From the IMG/VR virus record IMGVR_UViG_3300017772_000002: DNA of 64,000 nt; one strand, 5' to 3'. The translations under genes were made by a program, and so were the position numbers. Numbering within the stretch: the first letter of the stretch is position 1; each line of letters opens with the position of its first letter. The stretch is from an uncultured virus (IMG/VR IMGVR_UViG_3300017772_000002). Its lineage: Duplodnaviria; Heunggongvirae; Uroviricota; Caudoviricetes. The notes beneath the pieces were generated by a model that saw only the letters and a program-made list of their open reading frames with translations, did not search any database and had not been told where the DNA came from. This document shows positions 20,006 to 28,989 of this stretch, piece by piece.

Positions 20006-20544
20006 TAACCAAATTCCTTTGCAAATGTTTTTATGTCAATGGTTTTAAATGAACCAAACTCATCTGTTACTTTAAACGCTAGTTTACCTTTATCTGCCAC
20101 TGGCTTTACTGTATGTAGTTTACCTTTTTTATTTTTTAAACCACTAATTTCTGAACCATAAATGCTTAGACCCTTTATTTTCGGAGCCTTGGCTTCGTTG
20201 ACATCATCTTTAATCATTTTACCTACACTCATACCACTTTTAAGTCTACCTTTAGCATCTACTGCTTTAGGATACATCTTAGCAATTAGATCATTATAAC
20301 CTACAAGGACATTTAAAATGTCTGCTCTAATCTCATCGGTATCAATACCTTTGATTACTTTCTTAACTGCACCAAGATTACCTTGATTAAGAGCTCTTGC
20401 AACAGCCATATAATCTTTCTTATTTTGACCACTTTCTTGCTTTGCAAGTCTTGCCATATTCTTTTGAGCAAGATCTAAGTCTTGAGCATAATCTTCTTTT
20501 ATTTTCGGAGCCTTGGCTTCTCTCATATCTTTAAATGATTTCAT
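20005..20544 (-). CDS. putative internal head protein
   Basis: MKSFKDMREA; duplicated EAKAPKIK. Confidence 0.6.
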   Translation of the reverse strand: MKSFKDMREAKAPKIKEDYAQDLDLAQKNMARLAKQESGQNKKDYMAVARALNQGNLGAVKKVIKGIDTDEIRADILNVLVGYNDLIAKMYPKAVDAKGRLKSGMSVGKMIKDDVNEAKAPKIKGLSIYGSEISGLKNKKGKLHTVKPVADKGKLAFKVTDEFGSFKTIDIKTFAKEFG

Positions 20545-21740
20545 TAACTTCCCCTTACTTTAGCAGCTAGGTCTTTATCAGCCCCGCCCCATGTACCTTT
20601 TGATTTAGTAGCAAATGAATTAACTCTTGCTAATCCCCATTGAGTTGGATTTGTTCCAGGTCTATGGCTTGTTTTCCAGGCCGCGTATCCTCTATCAAAT
20701 ACCTTTTTTAGTATACCATAAGGCATACCTGATTTTTCTGCTTTCTTTTTAAGTGCTGCTTTTGCATCAGCCTCTTCTAGCGATTGTGAAAAGCTTTTTA
20801 ATTCTACTGAATCTCCAAACTGTTTTCTAAAATTCTTTGTATGTTGGCTTTCTGGAGCATTTTTTCTTGGTTTATTATAAGCAGACCTTTCTTTAGAAGT
20901 CATATCAGTATATTTTTTCTCTTCTAAATGTTCAACATCATCTAACCAAACTCTTTTTTTCCATTCGCCAAACTCAACAACCAAAAAGTTTGTACCGCAT
21001 CTTTTAATAATACCAACTTGATTGGTTTCTTTAAGTACAACTTCATCACCTTCTTTATAAAGGTTACCTTCTATAAACTTTTCTCTTTTTTCTGATACTG
21101 GTTCTAATTCAACATGCTTTCTATGCATATGAGTTTCTTTTAGTCCCATACCTTTTCTAATAGCATTAAACAATGCTTTTGCATCCTTATAAGCTTTAGG
21201 CATTCCCTTTGAGAAATTTTCTAAATCATTGTCAGATGCAAATGCTCTTAATTTAGAAGCTGACATACCAGTAACACCTTCAGCATCAGGATCTCTTTCC
21301 CCAGCTGAAACTACTTTAATACCATTTTCGAAATTATAAAAACCGTGTCTAGAATCAACGCCATTATATTTATTGAGAAGAACGTCAAATTCTTTTAATC
21401 TATCTGATCCAGCAACCATTGTTACTGATGTAAAACCTTGGTCATATAGTTTAACACAAATGTCTAATGCATTTCTTACATCAGCATCAGCCATAATACT
21501 ACGTGCATGTTTTGGGAACATTTTTCTAAGGAATTTTACTTTATCTTTAAATCCGAGTGGATTCTTTTTGGGGTCTTGTGATTTTGATCCATATATTCTA
21601 TATGGACTACCACCAGCTGTCTTTTTTAACATATCAAACAGCTTTTCATGTCCTGAAGTTGGAGGGTTAAACCTACCAAAAACGAAGTATACTTCGCCTT
21701 TAGCTTCAGTTAAATATTCACTAAAACTTTTAAATTCCAT
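20544..21740 (-). CDS. HxGH-type (cytidyltransferase/NMNAT-like) nucleotidyltransferase with extra C-terminal domains
   Basis: FGRFNPPTSGH, AGSDR, MSASKLR; CTS-like N-terminus. Confidence 0.8.
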   Translation of the reverse strand: MEFKSFSEYLTEAKGEVYFVFGRFNPPTSGHEKLFDMLKKTAGGSPYRIYGSKSQDPKKNPLGFKDKVKFLRKMFPKHARSIMADADVRNALDICVKLYDQGFTSVTMVAGSDRLKEFDVLLNKYNGVDSRHGFYNFENGIKVVSAGERDPDAEGVTGMSASKLRAFASDNDLENFSKGMPKAYKDAKALFNAIRKGMGLKETHMHRKHVELEPVSEKREKFIEGNLYKEGDEVVLKETNQVGIIKRCGTNFLVVEFGEWKKRVWLDDVEHLEEKKYTDMTSKERSAYNKPRKNAPESQHTKNFRKQFGDSVELKSFSQSLEEADAKAALKKKAEKSGMPYGILKKVFDRGYAAWKTSHRPGTNPTQWGLARVNSFATKSKGTWGGADKDLAAKVRGS

Positions 21741-21742
21741 AA

Positions 21743-22129
21743 TTAGCTATCACCACCTTTGCTTTTTAATTTAGCACGATCTTTCTTTTTAACAGAAGGT
21801 AATAGCTTTTTAGCGATTTTAGCAATAGCACCTTTTTTAGTTGCTAGCTTTTTCTCAATACCAGCTCTTGCTGAAAATGATAAATCGCCTTTCTTTTTAT
21901 TTTTAAGAAGTTTTTTGATTAAAATTTCGCGAGCTTGTCTTGTCGCACGACTTTTAAGTTTATCAGGAGACGCTAATTTTCTTGCTGCTTTCTTTTTACC
22001 TAGAGCAATTTTAGCTTTATTTTTTCTGAAGCTGGCTTTCATTTTCATTCTATGCGCAAGTGACATAGCTTCTGAAAAATCGCCACTATCTTCAGATAGT
22101 TCTGCTTCGTATTCTTTAAACGATTTCAT
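21743..22129 (-). CDS. very basic putative internal/prohead-core protein
   Basis: MKSFKEYEAELSE followed by a K/R-rich body. Confidence 0.6.
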   Translation of the reverse strand: MKSFKEYEAELSEDSGDFSEAMSLAHRMKMKASFRKNKAKIALGKKKAARKLASPDKLKSRATRQAREILIKKLLKNKKKGDLSFSARAGIEKKLATKKGAIAKIAKKLLPSVKKKDRAKLKSKGGDS

Positions 22130-22147
22130 ATTTATCCTCGGTTCCCA

Positions 22148-23389
22148 TTAGTTAGGATTATCCCAACCTTTAATAATGTCTTTGCTAAAGTTGTTAGTAG
22201 AAAATTCTAGTCTATCAACAAGTTTAACAGCTCCACCTTCCATACGATCTATAGCAACAAAACCTTCAGGGTTGGTTACTTTAAATCCGGACTTAGTTTT
22301 AACAAAAGTACCAATTTTATTTAAACTGTTTAGTTTATTTATAATAATTAATTTGCTATCTACAACTAAATTTTGCAAATCAAACACATTTTGTAAGTTT
22401 TTTAAATTAGATTTGTCAAAAAACGCAAGTAATTGATCCCTTTTTGCAATTTGCTTATCTTTACCAGCTTGACTGCTTCTCTTGTCAATTTCTTTTTGGT
22501 ATCGATCTTGGACAAACATAATAAGACCAGTTGCATGCTTCTTAGTGTCTGTGATTCTTTGGCCATTTCTTACTTTTCTATTGTTATATACATTAATAAC
22601 AAGATTTAATTCTTTATTTGATTCTAGCTCTTTAAGAGTAGATCCAGATATTTTTCTAAATAATTTGCCTGCATCTGATAATTTTTTATTTAGCTCATCA
22701 GTTTCGCTTTTTGTTAAAGTTGCTGTACCTGATAGATCATCAAGGGTCGCATCTTGCATCCACACATCCTTAGATGGTTTAAGTTTAGTAACAATTTCTC
22801 TGCCAAACTCAGCTTTCATCGTTTCGAACGTTGCTCCAGAGTATGTAGTATGCCAAACAATTCCGATCTTAGCTGATCCAATCGTCTTAGCGAGAGAACT
22901 ACCAGTAGGTACTGCATAAGCGATAGTGTTAGGATGAAACACAATATGACTAATTCCATTTATCTTCTCCTTTTTAAGGTCTGACTTATCAAACATAAAG
23001 TCACCTTGTATAACACCTTTAATTCCTAAAGGCTTAAGATAATCGTATGCCATTTTTAATTTTTTAGATAGATCTCCACTTGTATCAGCATCAATATCAG
23101 CATGAGACTTATAAATCTTTGGATTAGCATTAAAGATACCTTTTTTTGCTACAAAGAATTGGCCATCTGACGGATCTTCTCCGGCAAATACGGCGGGAGC
23201 GCCATCCCATTTAACAGTAACGTCTACTGCAGATTTTGCGTTACCCGACAGCATATCTCGCAATGATCTCAATGCAAGTATAGCTTGGCGCGCTCCCTTA
23301 ACTCCGCCATCAAGAATAAGATCCTCAATATGAATCATATGAGTGTTCTTTCCTGCGGCTTCAGCTAGTTGATTTTTAAATCCTTTCAT
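22148..23389 (-). CDS. ATP-dependent ligase-fold nucleotidyltransferase (DUF6267-like)
   Basis: KWDG (motif I), QGD, EGFV, VKLV motifs. Confidence 0.7.
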   Translation of the reverse strand: MKGFKNQLAEAAGKNTHMIHIEDLILDGGVKGARQAILALRSLRDMLSGNAKSAVDVTVKWDGAPAVFAGEDPSDGQFFVAKKGIFNANPKIYKSHADIDADTSGDLSKKLKMAYDYLKPLGIKGVIQGDFMFDKSDLKKEKINGISHIVFHPNTIAYAVPTGSSLAKTIGSAKIGIVWHTTYSGATFETMKAEFGREIVTKLKPSKDVWMQDATLDDLSGTATLTKSETDELNKKLSDAGKLFRKISGSTLKELESNKELNLVINVYNNRKVRNGQRITDTKKHATGLIMFVQDRYQKEIDKRSSQAGKDKQIAKRDQLLAFFDKSNLKNLQNVFDLQNLVVDSKLIIINKLNSLNKIGTFVKTKSGFKVTNPEGFVAIDRMEGGAVKLVDRLEFSTNNFSKDIIKGWDNPN

Positions 23390-24753
23390 TATTCGTATAC
23401 CTTTACATAAACACTTGAGTCTTCTGATTTAGACCCAGCATAATTAATAATTTTAGTTATCCATCTATTAGCTCGTGTTCCCATGTGAATATCAACAACA
23501 TAAACGACATATAAACAAGCTAGTTTTGATCCGATCCAATATACATCCTTTGCTGATAATTCTTTTTCAAAGTTCTCATATGAATCGTTCTTATAAAAAT
23601 GGCTATACATTTTATGAAATACAGAAATAGACTTTTTGTCGCCTTTAAGTATTTTTTTAGCCATTTGATTGATTTTGCCATTGTCTGGTATTTTCTTTCT
23701 TAAAGTTGATTGAAGAGCGTCTTGCATAATACCATATCCAGCACCGCCACCTCTTGCTGTTTTAAGAGCAATTTCTCCTTTAATCGCACCACCAAGACTA
23801 CCAGCTCTTAAATCGAATTTACCATCGTCAAATAAGATAGTTGCTCCTTTGTTACTCCAAAAAGTACCACGCTTTTCACCTTGAAGTAGTATTTTAAGAA
23901 TCTTATGATCATCAGTATCAGGTGGTAATTTAGCATTAAGAACTGCAATTTTAGGCTTTTTCTTAACAAGCTTAAGTGATATACCAACTAGTTGTCTATC
24001 AGCAAATGCTTGAAGTAATGCTTTATTATATGCTTGAATTGAACTTGTGTCCAAAGCTTTAATGTTAAATGATTTTTCAACTGCCCAGAAATCTCCAGGG
24101 TTCCATTTATCATCTTTTACTGGCTTTTGTTTTGAATTTTTATATGCTACATTTTTTAAAGCATATACAGTATTCATCAATTTACTATTTCTATGGAATG
24201 TTTGTGACTTATTGATATAACCTTGTTTGATCAGTGCTTTTGCTGATTCATAAGATGAATGAAACCATGTGCCTTCAACACTCATAATTTCATCAAATGA
24301 AGCATCAACAAATACTTTTTTAAATGCAGGTTTGAGTATTTCTTCTGACTCAAAGTATTCTTCTTCTTGAATGCCATTATCTAACATTGCTTGGCATATA
24401 ACACATTGATGAGATTCAGTAATTTTGGTATTTTCGGTACCACCTCCAGCGCCGCTTCCTCCACCAAAAACTTTACTTTTGCCTAAGTCAGAGGAGCTAA
24501 TAGTTTTACCATCGCCATGAAGATTAAATGCTTTACCAAGTTTTTTAAATATTTCAATTTGCTTTAAAGCATCTTCGACTTCAGTTACTTTAAAAGTACC
24601 ACCTTTTGCTAATTCTAGTGGTACTCCATCTCTGATAAGCCTAGCAAGAATATCTGTTCTCGCTTCGCCTGTGTTGGCATTTGGCTTTTTAAGTTGACCA
24701 GGAGCTAGCTTAACAGCTTCCTTTATTTCTTGATGTATTAAAAAACTTTTCAT
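23389..24753 (-). CDS. putative PD-(D/E)XK restriction-like endonuclease
   Basis: TESHQC helix, DKWNPGDFW, GISLK. Confidence 0.5.
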   Translation of the reverse strand: MKSFLIHQEIKEAVKLAPGQLKKPNANTGEARTDILARLIRDGVPLELAKGGTFKVTEVEDALKQIEIFKKLGKAFNLHGDGKTISSSDLGKSKVFGGGSGAGGGTENTKITESHQCVICQAMLDNGIQEEEYFESEEILKPAFKKVFVDASFDEIMSVEGTWFHSSYESAKALIKQGYINKSQTFHRNSKLMNTVYALKNVAYKNSKQKPVKDDKWNPGDFWAVEKSFNIKALDTSSIQAYNKALLQAFADRQLVGISLKLVKKKPKIAVLNAKLPPDTDDHKILKILLQGEKRGTFWSNKGATILFDDGKFDLRAGSLGGAIKGEIALKTARGGGAGYGIMQDALQSTLRKKIPDNGKINQMAKKILKGDKKSISVFHKMYSHFYKNDSYENFEKELSAKDVYWIGSKLACLYVVYVVDIHMGTRANRWITKIINYAGSKSEDSSVYVKVYE

Positions 24754-24792
24754 AATGGTATTATAACACTCCTGCGAATAAATGTATAATAC

Positions 24793-24800
24793 TATTTATA
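24793..24800 (-). promoter_or_regulatory. late promoter heading the internal-protein block
   Basis: TATAAATA. Confidence 0.75.
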
Positions 24801-24986
24801 CTATTTTTTTACTCTATATGTGGGTATATATGACTTATTTGGATATACGTTATCATCATCGTCAATTGTAACTATGCCAATATATTCCAGCATTTCAAGC
24901 ATTCTTTCACTTCCTTCTTGAACGCCGACACGATAAGATGTATATCCAGCGCCAACTAGACAGACGCAAAAAATTATGTACTCCAT
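24801..24986 (-). CDS. small membrane protein
   Basis: N-terminal TM. Confidence 0.6.
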   Translation of the reverse strand: MEYIIFCVCLVGAGYTSYRVGVQEGSERMLEMLEYIGIVTIDDDDNVYPNKSYIPTYRVKK

Positions 24987-25325
24987 TAAACATCAACCTT
25001 AAAGCATACGCAATCATAGCCTTTGCTTGTCATATCTCCATAAAACATATCAGCTTCTTCTTGATGAGCAAATACATAATTAGCAACCACTTCATATGAT
25101 TTGCTAACTGCAATAACTCTAAAAGCTTCTAATTTTTCCATTATTCTTCCTCGATCCATTCGAATTGACCATGTAGTGGATTAAATTGAGCACATTCTGT
25201 TTCAGCAGCATCTAATCTCCAAGAGCTTTGAACAGAAGTAGCAGCAATTACTACTCCAAGTATAAGTGATAAACCCATTAATACAATTACGCCTGCTAGA
25301 TCTTCCATTCCATACTTCATTATTA

Positions 25326-25535
25326 TTACCTCATATATTTTTCGACTGGTTTTAGTTCTACAAACTTTCTACGTGTTTTTGAAAATTGCTTCATTGGACT
25401 TTTGAATTGAATATATTCCTTTGTACTAGTTTTTCTATATCCAACACAATGACCTTGCGCATTTAAGATATACGTGTGGTTTGGTGTATTATCATCCCAC
25501 TTAGTAATCTCTTTAAATGCTCTTAATAATACCAT
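25326..25535 (-). CDS. hypothetical early protein
   Basis: KEITKWD..PNHTY...FSKTRRKF. Confidence 0.65.
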   Translation of the reverse strand: MVLLRAFKEITKWDDNTPNHTYILNAQGHCVGYRKTSTKEYIQFKSPMKQFSKTRRKFVELKPVEKYMR

Positions 25536-25852
25536 GATGACTTCCTATGAACATAAACATCAATTGTTTTAGCATGCCTAATTGGAAGGCATGAATCATA
25601 AGCAGTTTTATGTCTACCATCAGCAATAGCAGCAGCTCTACGTGGACCTCTGGGCATTAGGCTTACTCTATATTGTGGTGACTTTTTTGGTAACTCATCA
25701 GACCAACCAGTATTATACCTATATAGATTCATTTGATCTTCTTGTTTAGCCATTTTGTTAATAGCTCTAATAGATTTTCTAATTGTTTCAATTTCAAGCA
25801 TATCGCCCGCACATTCGGTATGGGCTGTCATTACATAACTATCGGTTCTCAT
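25523..25852 (-). CDS. hypothetical early protein
   Basis: YRVSLMPRGPR...DVYV; GGAG SD. Confidence 0.65.
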   Translation of the reverse strand: MRTDSYVMTAHTECAGDMLEIETIRKSIRAINKMAKQEDQMNLYRYNTGWSDELPKKSPQYRVSLMPRGPRRAAAIADGRHKTAYDSCLPIRHAKTIDVYVHRKSSWYY

Positions 25853-25853
25853 A

Positions 25854-26021
25854 TTATACTCCATGAGTCATGTGTTCATATGACTCTTCACAATTATCTA
25901 GTTTTTTTCCACAAGCGCAAAGTTCTGATTCTTCTACAGATGGCGCTCCAACAATTGATCTCACTTGATCTTCGGTTAACGTTTCTTCAACTAAGCTTTT
26001 TATTACTTCTTCTAAATTCAT
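25854..26021 (-). CDS. small hypothetical protein
   Basis: CACG...C...YEHMTHG; SD GGAG. Confidence 0.6.
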   Translation of the reverse strand: MNLEEVIKSLVEETLTEDQVRSIVGAPSVEESELCACGKKLDNCEESYEHMTHGV

Positions 26022-26031
26022 AATGTACTCC

Positions 26032-26361
26032 TTAAAGTCCAAAACAAAGTTGTCTCATTGGTAATTCTTCAAATACGTTACCTCTAGCAAAGTTTGTAGC
26101 TGGAGCTTTCCAACTTGCTGCCATTAACATATCACCAATTTTAAACTTTTCATTAGTTTTATTATCTAATGCTTTGGGGGATTTTTTAACTACAAAACCT
26201 ACAACGCTTTGACGGCCATTCTCATCTCTAATTAGCTTAATGAAATTCCTACCTGGTTCCATTATATATTGAGTGGTATCGATGGTATGTTCGAACCTAG
26301 TGTGTAGTTGATGCTGCATGAGATCCAGTAGTTCTTGGGTTTTTTCAATTAGTTGTGTCAT
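26032..26361 (-). CDS. hypothetical early protein
   Basis: GDMLMAASWKAPA..ARGNV motif seen in phage early proteins. Confidence 0.7.
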   Translation of the reverse strand: MTQLIEKTQELLDLMQHQLHTRFEHTIDTTQYIMEPGRNFIKLIRDENGRQSVVGFVVKKSPKALDNKTNEKFKIGDMLMAASWKAPATNFARGNVFEELPMRQLCFGL

Positions 26362-26397
26362 AATGTAGTTCCTTTCTTTATCATTTAATATAGGTAT

Positions 26398-26457
26398 ATT
26401 ATATCATAAAGAAAGGAGGTTGTAAACTGTTTTAGTGAAAATAATTCACTTTTTTTA
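26398..26457 (-). promoter_or_regulatory. strong early promoter with UP-like A/T tracts
   Basis: GTTTACA-N17-TATAAT plus upstream AAAAAAGTGAATTATTTTCAC. Confidence 0.8.
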
Positions 26458-26467
26458 TATCATTTAG

Positions 26468-27127
26468 TTATATGACATCATCGAGAGGGAATATTTGGTA
26501 TATAGCTTCAGCGCATGCCCTTGCAATTTCTTGGTGTTCCTTTTGAGTTCCATTACCAGCTCTTAATTGCATATAATGAATCCAAGATCTTAAGGTACCA
26601 TTGACATACATACGAGACATTGTAAGTCCCTCAGGAAGAATTGCTCTCGCCTGTTCTTTAGCTATACCAGCATTAATAGCCCATTCATAAGCGTGTTTAC
26701 ATCGCTCAATAATCACTTCTTGATATGACTCCCAAATATGGTGAATCGAATCTTCCATTGGAATATCAACGGAGTTTTGTCTATTCTTTTCGTCTTGGAG
26801 TCTAGCTTCCCTGGTCACAAAGGTTAAATCCTTTGTAGGGTCGGCATATCGCTGACTAAATTCTTGGAATGAAAAAGATCTGTGTCTAAGAATTTGTCTA
26901 GCGATATCCCTTGTAGTGTCAATTTCCATACATACATTAACCATCTCTAAAGGTGACCAATGTTGATGTTTAATTAGATATTGCACTAATTTTTCCGCGC
27001 TAGCTTCATTATTTTGGTTACTCGGATTTGATACTCTTGCGCAAAATGCGACCATTTGTAACAAATCATCTTTCAGTTCAATTCCAATAGCAGGTTTGCT
27101 ATGGGAGATAACGCGAACGTTAAACAT
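26468..27127 (-). CDS. thyX: flavin-dependent thymidylate synthase
   Basis: HWSPLE, RHRSFSFQEFSQRY, QKEH. Confidence 0.95.
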   Translation of the reverse strand: MFNVRVISHSKPAIGIELKDDLLQMVAFCARVSNPSNQNNEASAEKLVQYLIKHQHWSPLEMVNVCMEIDTTRDIARQILRHRSFSFQEFSQRYADPTKDLTFVTREARLQDEKNRQNSVDIPMEDSIHHIWESYQEVIIERCKHAYEWAINAGIAKEQARAILPEGLTMSRMYVNGTLRSWIHYMQLRAGNGTQKEHQEIARACAEAIYQIFPLDDVI

Positions 27128-27130
27128 TAA

Positions 27131-27295
27131 TTAGTCCTCTTTTTGTACTAATGTATATATACCCCAAGCTAAGCCAGCCCAGGCAAGAAGTTTAGCGATA
27201 CCGCCAAACAAAATAACAGAACCACAAATTACAATAAGTGATACGCCATCTAGAGATGTTCTTTCTTTTACTCTAGCTTTAATCCAATCTAACAT
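27131..27295 (-). CDS. small two-TM membrane protein
   Basis: MLDWIKARVKERTSLDG followed by two hydrophobic segments. Confidence 0.65.
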   Translation of the reverse strand: MLDWIKARVKERTSLDGVSLIVICGSVILFGGIAKLLAWAGLAWGIYTLVQKED

Positions 27296-27305
27296 AGTAT
27301 TTCTC

Positions 27306-28709
27306 CTATACTTTAAATTCAGCAAACGTGTCTTTATTTTCATTGTCACCCCACGTTGCTATTGGTTTATCGGGAATCTTCATATCAGACATTATATCTG
27401 ACTGAGCAGATTCTTCTACATCATATAATTTCATTCTAGCACGATCAATACCAATTACAAAACGTTTATATTTAGTAGGATCGTTATAACGATTTTTCAA
27501 TTGTTTAACCATTACTTGGTTTAACTCGTCTAATTCTTCTGTCGCTATAAGAGCAAACATTAAATCAGCTGTGGCCGGTAGGCCGAATGATTCAGAAGTA
27601 TCTTCAAGACCAACATCAGTATTACTAAAGCCTGACCTTGTTGTTTGAGTTGCTGTCATAATTGGAACATTAAACTCAATAGCCAAACCTCTTAATTCTT
27701 CTGCAATCGCTTTAATATACGTGTAACTATTTATACTACCACCCATAGCCTTCATACGAGACGATGAGCATATGTTGAGATAATCAATGTATATAATATC
27801 AGGAGCAAATTTCTTTTTCATTTTTAGCTCATTAAGTAATGCTCTAAAATGACCAGAATGAGCAGCACCGGTTGGATATTCTTTAATGAGAAGTTTCCCA
27901 ATGGTACCTGTTGCTATCCTTTGAATTTTTTCTGAAAATACATTTTTAGGTAGCGACTCAAGTTGTTGAATTGGTAAGTCCATAAGATTAGCATCAATAC
28001 GTTCAGCAATTCTTTCTTCAGCCATTTCCATAGTAATGTATAAAACATTTTTACCTTGTTGTAAAACAGAAGCAGCATTATGACACATAAACAAAGATTT
28101 ACCTACGCCAGTACCAGCCAAACAAACATTAAGTGTTTTATTTGGAATACCACCTTTGGTAATTTTGTTAAAATAATCAAGATCCCATGGAATGCGCTCT
28201 TCAGTTTTATTATAAAAATCAAAACGACTGTCAGAATCATCAATATAATCATGCCCAATAGCCTGATCAAATGACACTCCTAAAGCATTTGATAATATTT
28301 CTGGAATAGCACCTTCGGTTCTTTCTTTATCTTTGCCGTCAATAATACCGATAGAGTCCATAATCGCAAGATATACGGCTCTATCTTTACACCACTTTTC
28401 TGTTTCTCTAATAAGGTAATCAGTATCCAAATCAGTCTTTGTATTGATTTCATTAATCAAAATTGAAGATTGATTTAATACGTCTTCTGGTGCAGCTACT
28501 TTTTGTAACTCAATATCCAATACTCTACCAGTTGGTAGTTTATTATGTGTAGCTACAAAACTTACAATAAGGTCGAATACTACTTTATGCGAACCTTCAA
28601 AATATTCTTTTTGAAGATATGGTATTACGCGTCTACAGTATTCTTCGTTATTAAGTAGATGGCTCAGTACGTGTGTCGGTATCTCGTTGTGCAATTGTTC
28701 CTTCCTCAA
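27306..28709 (-). CDS. gp41: replicative DnaB-like helicase (gp41)
   Basis: AGTGVGKS, TMEM, IDYL, ATQTTR, SESFGLPATAD, KNRY. Confidence 0.95.
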   Translation of the reverse strand: MRKEQLHNEIPTHVLSHLLNNEEYCRRVIPYLQKEYFEGSHKVVFDLIVSFVATHNKLPTGRVLDIELQKVAAPEDVLNQSSILINEINTKTDLDTDYLIRETEKWCKDRAVYLAIMDSIGIIDGKDKERTEGAIPEILSNALGVSFDQAIGHDYIDDSDSRFDFYNKTEERIPWDLDYFNKITKGGIPNKTLNVCLAGTGVGKSLFMCHNAASVLQQGKNVLYITMEMAEERIAERIDANLMDLPIQQLESLPKNVFSEKIQRIATGTIGKLLIKEYPTGAAHSGHFRALLNELKMKKKFAPDIIYIDYLNICSSSRMKAMGGSINSYTYIKAIAEELRGLAIEFNVPIMTATQTTRSGFSNTDVGLEDTSESFGLPATADLMFALIATEELDELNQVMVKQLKNRYNDPTKYKRFVIGIDRARMKLYDVEESAQSDIMSDMKIPDKPIATWGDNENKDTFAEFKV

Positions 28710-28959
28710 TAATAAATCCTAAAATTTCTCCGATGTAGTTATTAAAACCTTCATCTTCTTTCAAATCATCATGGTCAAAGTCACCAGGATCATTAATATT
28801 ATACGAAAACGATAATGTTGCCATATCGATTTCTGGCGATTCTTTTATAGAAACAGTTCCATAAATATATCTAACGCCAGCCCATGGCGATGGATCTACC
28901 AATTGAATCGCATAAAAATCCGAATCTGGATGTTCGACAATTTTATATTCATTATCCAT
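28651..28959 (-). CDS. conserved protein at the gp40 position
   Basis: Lies between uvsX and gp41 as gp40 does in T4. Confidence 0.5.
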   Translation of the reverse strand: MDNEYKIVEHPDSDFYAIQLVDPSPWAGVRYIYGTVSIKESPEIDMATLSFSYNINDPGDFDHDDLKEDEGFNNYIGEILGFIIEEGTIAQRDTDTRTEPST

Positions 28960-28960
28960 T

Positions 28961-28989
28961 ATTATACCACATTTTCATTGTTTTGTAAA
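28961..28989 (-). promoter_or_regulatory. early promoter overlapping the uvsX stop codon
   Basis: TTTACA-N17-TATAAT. Confidence 0.7.
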
